A stretch of 33,836 bases of DNA from Melioribacteraceae bacterium (lineage in GTDB: Bacteria; Bacteroidota; Ignavibacteria; Ignavibacteriales; Melioribacteraceae). Positions 1 through 9,100 of this stretch are shown in pieces (the stretch's first letter is position 1; the number at the start of each line of letters is the position of its first letter). The translations under genes were made by a program, and so were the position numbers. The notes under the pieces were generated by a model that did not search any database, was not told where the DNA came from, and saw only the letters and a program-made list of their open reading frames with translations. Location: positions 1-33,836 of the forward strand of contig DAINPX010000001.1 in NCBI GenBank assembly GCA_036743235.1, in the 5' to 3' direction.

Positions 1-490
1 ATTTTACGGGAATAACTTCCGCACCGAACAGTCGCATTCTATAAACATTTAATGCTTGACGTTTAATATCAACTTCGCCCATGTAAACAACACATTTAAG
101 ACCAAACTTGGCACATACCGATGCAACGGCTACACCATGTTGCCCGGCACCTGTTTCTGCAATAATTCTTTTTTTGCCTAATTTTTTTGCAATTAATATT
201 TGACCTAAAGCATTATTTATTTTATGTGCACCGGTATGGCATAAATCTTCACGCTTTAAATATATTTTTGCTTTATCATAATATTCTGTCAATCTTTGTG
301 CATAATATAAAGGAGTCGGACGTCCCGAAAATTCTTTATTAAGCAACGATAGCTCTTCAATAAAACCTTCTTCTTTAACTATTACATCAAATACATCTTC
401 CAATTCCTTTAACGGAATAATTAATGTTTCCGGCACAAATTTACCACCGTATTTATCATAATACCCGTTTATATCCGGTAATAAAGCCAT
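1..490 (-). CDS. trpB: Tryptophan synthase beta subunit, N-terminal ~163 codons; the 3' end lies beyond position 1
   Basis: Not in the ORF track because it runs off the edge. Manual minus-strand translation from ATG 490..488 gives [34 protein letters not shown]... It contains the TrpB PLP-lysine signature [13 protein letters not shown] and [10 protein letters not shown]. Confidence 0.93.
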   Translation of the reverse strand, partial: MALLPDINGYYDKYGGKFVPETLIIPLKELEDVFDVIVKEEGFIEELSLLNKEFSGRPTPLYYAQRLTEYYDKAKIYLKREDLCHTGAHKINNALGQILIAKKLGKKRIIAETGAGQHGVAVASVCAKFGLKCVVYMGEVDIKRQALNVYRMRLFGAEVIPVK

Positions 491-509
491 ACTATTTCTT
501 AATTCCATA

Positions 510-1520
510 TCATTCTCTCTCTAATATTTTTGACAATAATTTCACTTTTGTCAACAGTTCTTTAAATTGTTTTGGGGTAATTGACTGCATACCATCTGAA
601 AGTGCTTTTTCGGGATGATTATGCACTTCTATAATTAAACCGTCTGCACCTGCGGCAATACCGGCTAAAGCCATATTAGGTACTTTATTTGCAATTCCTA
701 TTCCATGCGATGGATCAACAAATATCGGCAAGTTGGACAGATGTTTTATTACCGGAACAGCATTTAAATCTAAAGTATTTCGCGTATATGTTTCAAATGT
801 TCTTATTCCCCTTTCACATAATATTACGTTATTATTCCCCTGCGATACAATATATTCGGCACTCATCAACAAATCTTCTATTGTTGCAGATAATCCTCTT
901 TTTAATAAAATGGGAATATTTGTTTTTCCAACTTTTTCCAACAACGAAAAGTTTTGCATATTTCGTGCCCCAATTTGTATAATATCGGCAACTTCAATAA
1001 CCATATCCAATGTTTCGGTATCTTTTGCTTCCGTTACTATTTTCATTCCCAATTCTTTTTTTACTTCAGATAAATATTTTAGCCCTATTTCTTTTAATCC
1101 TTGAAATGCATAGGGACTTGAACGCGGTTTATATGCCCCACCTCGTATAAATTTTATCCCCATTTCCTTTAACATTTCCGCTATTTCAAATATTTGTTCT
1201 CTGCTTTCTACCGAACATGGTCCTGCAATTATATTTATTTTTTTAGCCCCAATTAATTCACCATCAATATTTATTATTGTATCTTCATATTTCATCTCTC
1301 GGCTTACAAGTTTAAATGGTTTAGATACTCTGATAACATCATCCACATATTCCAATAATTTAAACTCATCTAAGCTAAGTTTACTACTTGGACCGGTTAC
1401 TCCTATTCCTAACTTAATTGCACCCGGTATTTCGTGAGGAGTGCAGCCGTTATAAGTTAACTTATTTTTTACTTTATCAATTGCATCTTTGGGAGCATCT
1501 AACGGCATTAATATTAACAT
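510..1520 (-). CDS. aroF: 3-deoxy-7-phosphoheptulonate (DAHP) synthase, type I-beta, with an N-terminal ferredoxin/ACT-like regulatory domain
   Basis: 336 aa. Core motifs are [39 protein letters not shown] and VDPSH. It is collinear with the Thermotoga maritima-type enzyme, including a ~65-aa N-terminal extension. Its ATG overlaps the trpF stop by 7 nt. Confidence 0.9.
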   Translation of the reverse strand: MLILMPLDAPKDAIDKVKNKLTYNGCTPHEIPGAIKLGIGVTGPSSKLSLDEFKLLEYVDDVIRVSKPFKLVSREMKYEDTIINIDGELIGAKKINIIAGPCSVESREQIFEIAEMLKEMGIKFIRGGAYKPRSSPYAFQGLKEIGLKYLSEVKKELGMKIVTEAKDTETLDMVIEVADIIQIGARNMQNFSLLEKVGKTNIPILLKRGLSATIEDLLMSAEYIVSQGNNNVILCERGIRTFETYTRNTLDLNAVPVIKHLSNLPIFVDPSHGIGIANKVPNMALAGIAAGADGLIIEVHNHPEKALSDGMQSITPKQFKELLTKVKLLSKILERE

Positions 1521-2134
1521 TTATTTCTCCTTTCATTTATTTTTTTTATCAATCTATCAATTTTATCATTATCTTTTTTGCCTTTACTACTTTCCACACC
1601 AGTAGATACATCTATACCCGCCGGCAGTTCGTCCATATTTAATATTTTATCTATCGTATCGCTATTTATTCCCCCCGCTATAATTGATTTTTTCCATATG
1701 TCTTTAGGAACAAGGTTATAATCAAACATTTTTCCGGTTCCTCCGTACATATTGTTCTGATATGTATCTAATATAAATTTCATGTTATTGTTTTTATATA
1801 TTTTTATTATATCATTCTGATCTTTAATTCTTATTCCCCTTAATATAGGTAAATTAACATTGGTATAATTTATTATTTCCTCATCTCCGTGTAATTGTAC
1901 TAAATTTAATTTAACATATTTGCTTATCTCATTTATTTCATCTTCGGGTTTGTTAACAAATACGCCAACCTTTAACACAAAAGGATCTAATTTTTCTATA
2001 ATATCTCTTGCATTATCATAATTAATAAATCGTTCACTTTTTTCATAAAACACAAATCCCAATGCATCAACTCCTTTTAGTTCGCAATACAATGCATCTT
2101 CTATATTTGTTATTCCGCATATTTTAATTTTCAT
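1514..2134 (-). CDS. trpF: Phosphoribosylanthranilate isomerase
   Basis: 206 aa. It starts MKIKICGITN...DALGFVF and has QLHGDE, a typical TrpF pattern. It sits in trp operon context and overlaps trpC by 11 nt. Confidence 0.9.
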   Translation of the reverse strand: MKIKICGITNIEDALYCELKGVDALGFVFYEKSERFINYDNARDIIEKLDPFVLKVGVFVNKPEDEINEISKYVKLNLVQLHGDEEIINYTNVNLPILRGIRIKDQNDIIKIYKNNNMKFILDTYQNNMYGGTGKMFDYNLVPKDIWKKSIIAGGINSDTIDKILNMDELPAGIDVSTGVESSKGKKDNDKIDRLIKKINERRNKC

Positions 2135-2912
2135 AATTTAAATATTCCTTAAATGTTTTTACGGAATTATAAATGTTTTCGTTTTGCATAAAATATTCCC
2201 CCACTAATACTGCATTAATATTATACTTTTTTAACTCTTCCGTTTCCTTGCTATTTTTAATTCCGCTTTCAGAAACAACAATAATATTGTTTGGTATATG
2301 TTTTTTAATTTCAATAGTAGTATTTATATTAACCTCAAATGTTTTTAAATTTCTATTATTTATACCTACTATTTCATTTACACTAAAGTCTATTTTATCC
2401 AATTGTTCTATTGAGTGTAATTCTAACAATATATCCATATTTAGTTCTTTTGCAATTGTTGTAAAGTCTTTTATTTGTTGTTTATCAAGTATTTCTGATA
2501 TTAACAATATTGCATCTGCTCCGTGTTTTTTAGCTTGAATTATTTGAACTTCATCAATAATAAAATCTTTACGTAACAGTGGAACGGTTTTTATTTGTGC
2601 TATTCCTTCAAGATATTTTATATTCCCCATAAAATATTTTTCGTCGGTTAAAATAGAAATTGCATCAACATTTGCCTTCATATAACATTCCCCAATCTCC
2701 AAATAGTTAAAGTCTTTTCTTATTATTCCTTTGGAAGGGCTTGCTTTTTTTATTTCGGCTATTAAATTAATTTTTCTTTTATTATTAATTGCATCTTTAA
2801 AACTGATACTTTTATAGATATTATTTTGCAAGTCAGATAATCTGTAAGATGTTTTAATATTACTCACTTCATTTTTTTTATCTTCTATAATTGAATTCAG
2901 TATATTCATCAT
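2124..2912 (-). CDS. trpC: Indole-3-glycerol phosphate synthase
   Basis: 262 aa. Motifs are IAEIKKASPSKG, LRKDFIID, GINNRNL and VSESGI. Confidence 0.92.
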   Translation of the reverse strand: MMNILNSIIEDKKNEVSNIKTSYRLSDLQNNIYKSISFKDAINNKRKINLIAEIKKASPSKGIIRKDFNYLEIGECYMKANVDAISILTDEKYFMGNIKYLEGIAQIKTVPLLRKDFIIDEVQIIQAKKHGADAILLISEILDKQQIKDFTTIAKELNMDILLELHSIEQLDKIDFSVNEIVGINNRNLKTFEVNINTTIEIKKHIPNNIIVVSESGIKNSKETEELKKYNINAVLVGEYFMQNENIYNSVKTFKEYLNYEN

Positions 2913-2917
2913 AAACC

Positions 2918-3928
2918 TTAATTAATATTTTGTAACTTTTTTAATTTATTTAACGCTTGTCCGCTTTTTATAGATTCCTCGGCGGCATATAAACATTCTT
3001 TAATACTATCGGAATAACCGGCAGCATATAACCCCATTGCCGCATTGCTTGCAACTACATGATAAGCTCCGTTATTTGTTTCGTTATTAAGTACTTTAAG
3101 TATTATTTTTGCGTTATCTTCAGCATTATTTCCTGCTATTGAATTTGGATTTATTTGCGGATATCCAAATATATTATTATTTATTTTATATTTATTTATT
3201 CCTTGTTTAGTATTAAATTCAAAAACGAAAGTATCTCCATTTAAAGTTATTTCGTCTATATTGTTTTCTGATGTTATAAAACAAACTTTTTTATAATTTA
3301 AATACTTTGCAGCTTCCGCCATTTTTTCCGAAACCGAAGTATTAAAAGTACCTACAAGTTGTTTTTTTACCCCTGCCGGATTTGTTAAGGGGCCTAAAAT
3401 ATTAAAAACCGTTCTAACCCCAAGTTCTTTTCTTACTTGTGCTGCATATTTCATTGCGGGATGATATAACGGAGCAAATAAAAACGCAATGCCAACTTCA
3501 TTTAAAGTTTTTTCTGTTTTTTCAGGACTTAAATCTATATTAACACCTAACGCTTTTAACACATCTGCACTTCCGCTTAAGCTGGAAATTGAACGATTAC
3601 CGTGTTTTGCTACTTTTACACCTGCACCTGCAACTACAAATGAGGCTGCGGTTGAAATATTAAATGTAAACGAATTATCTCCACCGGTTCCGCATACGTC
3701 AACAACGTTTTCTTCATCTGTATTTATTTTAATACTTTTTTCCCTCATTGCCATTGCAAAACCTGCAATTTCTTCCGCCGTTTCGCCTTTAGTTTTTAAG
3801 CTTGCCAAAAATCCCGAAAGTTGGCTATTATTTACTGCACCGCTCATTATATACAACATTGCATCTGTTGCTTCATCTAACGATAAATTATCGTTTTCCA
3901 TTATTTTTTCTAAATATAACTTTATCAT
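2918..3928 (-). CDS. trpD: Anthranilate phosphoribosyltransferase
   Basis: 336 aa. Motifs are VDVCGTGGD, KHGNRSISS.SGSADVL and FNILGPLTNP. Confidence 0.93.
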   Translation of the reverse strand: MIKLYLEKIMENDNLSLDEATDAMLYIMSGAVNNSQLSGFLASLKTKGETAEEIAGFAMAMREKSIKINTDEENVVDVCGTGGDNSFTFNISTAASFVVAGAGVKVAKHGNRSISSLSGSADVLKALGVNIDLSPEKTEKTLNEVGIAFLFAPLYHPAMKYAAQVRKELGVRTVFNILGPLTNPAGVKKQLVGTFNTSVSEKMAEAAKYLNYKKVCFITSENNIDEITLNGDTFVFEFNTKQGINKYKINNNIFGYPQINPNSIAGNNAEDNAKIILKVLNNETNNGAYHVVASNAAMGLYAAGYSDSIKECLYAAEESIKSGQALNKLKKLQNIN

Positions 3929-4491
3929 TTTAATACCCAGTTTTTAATTAAATTGTAGCCTTGTTTAGTAAGTATTGATTCAGGATGAAATTGTATTCCT
4001 TCAATATCGTAACTATTGTGTCTTACTCCCATTATTACATGGTCATCGGTTTCTGCCGTAATTACTAATTCTGAGGGTAAACTATCGGGGTCAATTACTA
4101 ACGAATGATATCTTGTAGCAACAAAATTTTGGGGAATATCTGTAAAAATTGTTTTACCATCATGTTTTATTAGCGATGTTTTACCATGTTTCAATTCTTT
4201 TGCTTTAACTACTTTTGCTCCATAAGCAATTCCAATTGCCTGATGACCCAAACAAACACCCAGTATTGGAATTATATTACCTAGTTCTTTTATTGTTGTT
4301 AGTGAAATGTTGCTATCTTCGGGTTTTCCCGGTCCTGGGGAAATTAATATCTTATTTGGATTAATTTCTTTAATATCTTTTATACTTATCTCATCGTTAC
4401 GTTTTATTACTAATTTATTACAAAATTGCCCCAGCAATTGTACTAAATTATATGTAAACGAATCGTAATTATCAATTACTAAAATTTTCAT
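3925..4491 (-). CDS. trpG: Anthranilate synthase component II (glutamine amidotransferase)
   Basis: 188 aa. It starts MKILVIDNYDSFTYNLVQ, has the catalytic GVCLGHQ, and has FHPES. It overlaps trpD by 4 nt (ATGA) and trpE by 20 nt. Confidence 0.92.
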   Translation of the reverse strand: MKILVIDNYDSFTYNLVQLLGQFCNKLVIKRNDEISIKDIKEINPNKILISPGPGKPEDSNISLTTIKELGNIIPILGVCLGHQAIGIAYGAKVVKAKELKHGKTSLIKHDGKTIFTDIPQNFVATRYHSLVIDPDSLPSELVITAETDDHVIMGVRHNSYDIEGIQFHPESILTKQGYNLIKNWVLK

Positions 4492-5947
4492 CTATAACCT
4501 CCGCAAACTTTAAAGCTTTTATCATAACAGCTGCTTTGTTGTTTATCTCTTTACTTTCCAATTCCGGTTTACTATCCGCTACTATTCCTGCTCCGCTTTG
4601 CCAATATATTGTATTATCTTTTGCAAATAAAGTACGTATTGCAATACACATATCCATATTTCCTTTGAAATCAAAATAGCCAACAGCTCCCGCATAAATA
4701 TTTCTCTCTGTTCTTTCAAATTGTTCAATTAACTGCATTGCTTTTATTTTGGGTGCTCCGGTTACCGTACCTGCAGGAAAACAAGATTTGAGTGCATCTA
4801 CAATATGTTTATCTTCAGTCAGTTCTCCTTCAACTTTTGAAACAATATGCATTACATGCGAATACCTTTGTATTTTCATTTGCTCTACCACTTCAATAGT
4901 ACCATATTTACATACTCGTCCCAAATCATTTCTCCCCAAATCAACCAACATAGTATGTTCTGCCAATTCTTTTTTATCATTTATTAAGTTTTCTTCAAGC
5001 ATTATATCTTCTTCTTTTGTCTTTCCTCTCCTTCTTGTTCCTGCAATTGGAAGTAATTGTACATTTCTATCATATATTTTTACTAAGTTTTCCGGAGATG
5101 TACCCATAATAGATAAGCCGTCAGGGTATTCAAAATAATACATATAAGGAGAAGGATTAATGATTCTTAAGGCTCTATAAACATTAAAAGTATCTCCTTT
5201 ATATTGTGCAAAGTACCTTTTTGAAAGTACTATTTGAAATATATCCCCCTCAATAATATGATATTTACTTTTCTCCACCATTTCAAAAAACTCCTTGTCT
5301 TCGGTATTGCATTCGGTTTCGGAAAGCAAACTAAAATCACTTTTATAACTGATCGTATTATTTAATAGAGAACTTAAATTACTTATATTATCAAGCGCAT
5401 CTTGGTAAGCATTATTTAAATTTGTTTCATCTTTTATTGTTACATTTGAAATCAAAATTACTTGATGCTTATAATGGTCGAATGCTATTAACGTTTTAAA
5501 TAGCCCTAAAATTGAATCGTAGTTTTCAATTCCTTTGTTTTTTGTTATTACTGTCGGCTCAATTTGCTGTATATTTTCATATCCTATAAACCCGCATAAA
5601 CCACCTGAAAATGCAGGTAATTCTTCTATTTTTGGCTGTTTGTATTTGTTTAATTCTTTAGTAATTACATCAAATATATTGCCCGATGTCTCTTCTTTTT
5701 TATTCTTGTTTTCTATAATAATATCATTCTTTTTATTCTTTATTATTAGTTCGGGGTCCTTACCAATAAAAGAAAAACGAGCCATATTTACATTTCCTTC
5801 AACCGATTCAAGTAAAAAAGCTGTTGATTGTTTATCTCTTACTTTTAAATAAGCCAAAACAGGAGTTAACATATCGGCGGTTATTATTTTATATACCGGT
5901 ATTAAATTGTATGTTTTTGCATACTCACAAAACTCATTATAATTCAT
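4472..5947 (-). CDS. trpE: Anthranilate synthase component I
   Basis: 491 aa. It has LLES near the N-terminus, then IAGTRRRG, GGAVGY and WQSGAGIVADS. An AGGAGA Shine-Dalgarno sequence lies 5 nt upstream of the ATG. Confidence 0.93.
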   Translation of the reverse strand: MNYNEFCEYAKTYNLIPVYKIITADMLTPVLAYLKVRDKQSTAFLLESVEGNVNMARFSFIGKDPELIIKNKKNDIIIENKNKKEETSGNIFDVITKELNKYKQPKIEELPAFSGGLCGFIGYENIQQIEPTVITKNKGIENYDSILGLFKTLIAFDHYKHQVILISNVTIKDETNLNNAYQDALDNISNLSSLLNNTISYKSDFSLLSETECNTEDKEFFEMVEKSKYHIIEGDIFQIVLSKRYFAQYKGDTFNVYRALRIINPSPYMYYFEYPDGLSIMGTSPENLVKIYDRNVQLLPIAGTRRRGKTKEEDIMLEENLINDKKELAEHTMLVDLGRNDLGRVCKYGTIEVVEQMKIQRYSHVMHIVSKVEGELTEDKHIVDALKSCFPAGTVTGAPKIKAMQLIEQFERTERNIYAGAVGYFDFKGNMDMCIAIRTLFAKDNTIYWQSGAGIVADSKPELESKEINNKAAVMIKALKFAEVIDENFSN

Positions 5948-5972
5948 TTTTTCTCCTATTCATGTTTAAACT

Positions 5973-6009
5973 AAAAAAGCCTTTCTCGGTGTAACGAGAA
6001 AGGCTTTTT
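5973..6009 (-). terminator. Intrinsic terminator forming the attenuator of the trp operon leader
   Basis: Minus strand reads AAAAAGCCTTTCTCG-TTACAC-CGAGAAAGGCTTTTTT. This is a perfect 10-bp GC-containing core extended by A:U pairs, followed by a U6 tract. It lies 21 nt after the trpL stop and 25 nt before the trpE ATG. Confidence 0.85.
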
Positions 6010-6030
6010 AAATATAATTATTTCTCAAAA

Positions 6031-6123
6031 TCACCAAGACTTATTGCAGTACGTACCCCACCACCACCAAATGTTTTGGCTATTTGAAGTTAAAAGGCAA
6101 TATGTCTTGGTTATTTTTTTCAT
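6031..6123 (-). CDS. trpL: trp operon leader peptide, 30 aa: MKKITKTYCLLTSNSQNIWWWWGTYCNKSW
   Basis: Manual translation. There are four consecutive TGG codons at 6069..6058 and a fifth TGG as the last sense codon. It sits directly between a promoter-like element and the terminator upstream of trpE. It is too short for the ORF track. Confidence 0.8.
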   Translation of the reverse strand: MKKITKTYCLLTSNSQNIWWWWGTYCNKSW

Positions 6124-6129
6124 GGGTGC

Positions 6130-6158
6130 AAAATAACAATCATTTTAATCTTTGTCAA
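6130..6158 (-). promoter_or_regulatory. Sigma-70-like promoter candidate for the trp leader
   Basis: Minus strand reads TTGACA (6158..6153), a 17-nt spacer, then TATTTT (6135..6130). The -10 element ends 6 nt before the trpL ATG. Confidence 0.4.
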
Positions 6159-6199
6159 TAGCTTGCATAAATTTTCATAAAAATACATTTATTTTCATT

Positions 6200-9100
6200 T
6201 TAAAACAGTATTTTTTCAATTCCTTCTTTTTTTACTGTTTTAATAAAGTTTTTCTTCCAGTCCTTCCCTAAAAATTGCTCGGCATTATATATTACCAACG
6301 ATTTTCCATTAACTTTTATATTAGAATCTAACTTATTTAACCCCATAACACAACTAGGGCAAGTAGTTAACACTTCAATTTGCTTTTCATAATTTTGGTT
6401 ATTAAAGTTTTCTACTTTTCTATCTCTAAGTATATTGGCTATATCCGGTCGGGATAAAGCAAGAGTTCCTGCCTCTCCGCAACAATTTGGTATTACGTCA
6501 GGCTTTATACCGTATATATTACTAAACGTTTTATCGCATCCTTTATGTTTTAATGGGCTATGACAAGGCTCGTGATAATAAAGTTTATTACCGTTACTTT
6601 TTTTTGTATAAAGTTGTTCTTGTGCTATGTATTCATTTACATCAATTAATTTGGCATTGTTAAAAATGTTTTCAAGTTCATATTTATCCAACATTTCGTA
6701 ACACGTTCCGCATGATACAATAACCGCTTCAATATTTAAGTAACCCGCAGTATATGCCATTTTATGAAAGATTACTCTGTTTTCATAACTTTTTAATTCT
6801 GCAGTTTCTATTTTACCGTTTGCCATAAACGGATAGCCGCAACATAAATACTCGGGAGGAATAACAACTTTTATTCCGGCATTATATAACAAAGTTATTA
6901 CCGCCAAACTTATTTCGGGTATCATTCTTTCAGAGCCACACCCCGGAAAATATACAACACTTTTACCCGTAGTTATTTTAGGGTTTTCAAAACAATAAAA
7001 CATATCTGTATTTTTTAAGTTAAATATTTCCCTAATCGTTTTTTCTCCGCTTTTAGGAAAAGGGCTTCGTAATAAATGATTAAGTTTGGGAATTATTAAA
7101 CCGGTATAATATGAAATAGGTTTATTTATATAAGATATAATACGTTGCGAATTATATCCTATCTTCAATAATCCAAGTCTAAATATTTTATTAATAAAGT
7201 ATTTTTTTCTTCCTAAATAAAATAATGCAATAGCAGTAAATATTTTAGCTTTTGTTTTTTTTCTAAACTCTAATTGTTTGCGTATTGTTATGGATATATC
7301 GCCAAAATCAATTTTTACAGGACAAGGAACTTGGCACTTATGACACACAGTGCAATTATCCGATATCTCTCTTAAATTCTTAAAATATTCAAACGATTTC
7401 ATGTCTAATGTTTGTGCAGCAAACAACACTGCTTCGGTTATTGAACCAACCGCCAATATTTTATTTCGAGGATTATAAAACATTTCTCCTTTGGGATAAT
7501 GTGTATTACAAACCGTTTTACATTTTCCGCACCTAACACACGAAGATATCTGTGAGGATAGTTTTTCCAAATCCGTATATTCCAATATTATTGCTTCTCG
7601 CTCCAACAAATTAAATGACGGCGTATATATTAAGTACAATGGAAAATTTTTATTTAATTTACCCGGGTTAAACAAATCATCAGGATCATTAATTTTCTTA
7701 TACGCTTGATACTCATCCAAAATTTCTTGGTCAATAAATTTTAATTTTGTTAGTCCTATTCCGTGCTCGCCTGATACAACACCACCCAACTCAACTGCCT
7801 TTTTCATTGATAAAGAAGCCGCTTCATCGGCTTCGTTCATCATCAAATAATCGTTTGAATGAACCGGAATATTTACATGAACATTACCGTCACCCGCGTG
7901 CATGTGTGTTGCAATTATTATTTTTCTTGTCCTTTCAGCTATTTCAATTTTTTCAATGTCTTTTATTATTTCATCGTATCCGTGAAATACTTTTTTATAA
8001 TAACTTGTAATTTCTTTATCATATTCTATTATTATTTTTCCGCTTTGTATATCTGCTAAAATATTATTGTTTGTATTTATTTCATGTAATAATTTATTAT
8101 ATATTTGTTTTTTATTTTCAAGTTCCACAATTATTCCCTCAACACGTTTGTGGGGAATATTATCTCTTTCTGATTTATTTAGTTCAATTAAATAATCATT
8201 TATTTTGTTAATTGTTGTTATTGAATTTTCATATTCTTTGCAATAATTCAGCTGTTCGATATAATCGGCAAAATGGGGTAAATTGCGTAACGGAATTACA
8301 ATATCTTCATTTAGCTTAAACGCATTTGTGTGTTTTGCAATTGCCCCCAAATGTTTTCTATCATTCCAAAATATTTTCCTTTCGCTATCGTTAATTGCCA
8401 GTGTTCCTTCTGCATTAAAACTATTTGCAACCGATATTATCTTATTACAACCCTGTTCCAGTTCATCAGTATAATTACTTTCCAAATCAATTAACAATAC
8501 CGCTTTTGGATTTTCGTTTCTATTAGACTTATTCCTATAATTTATAGCATCAACATATTTTTCGTCAAAATGTTCTAATGCGGTTAAATATACTTTATTA
8601 TCTTCAGAAAACAAATCGTTTATTTTTATTATTGCATTAGATGCTGCAACCATGTTACTGCCAAAGAACTCGATACAAATAGTTTTACAATATTTAAAAG
8701 GGGTATATAAAACAAATTTAGCAGATACAATTACACCATCCCCCCCTTCTTTTTGTAACCCGGGCAAACCTTTTAATGCCTTATTTGTAATATCTTTCCC
8801 CAGCCCTTTTTTTCTTATTTCTGTTCCGCTTAGTTCAATGGTTTTAGTTAATAAATCCCCTTTGCCGTTTAATTTATATACATCAAATATTACATTATCT
8901 TCCGGTAGTATTTTTCTGTATGGGTGGTTTCTCCTTTTTACTTTTAATATATCTCCGGTGCTATTAACAATTTTAAACGAATACAAATTATCTATTGCAG
9001 TACCCCACATTACACATTTTTTGCCGCCTGCATTTTCGGCAATATTTCCGCCTATTGTACTTGCCCATGCCGATGTAGGATCTGTGGCAAATATATACCC

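Noticed and set aside
424-618. 64-aa plus-strand ORF bridging the trpB start and the DAHP synthase end.
   Set aside because: It is antisense to two well-supported genes and crosses their 19-nt spacer. It has no motif support.
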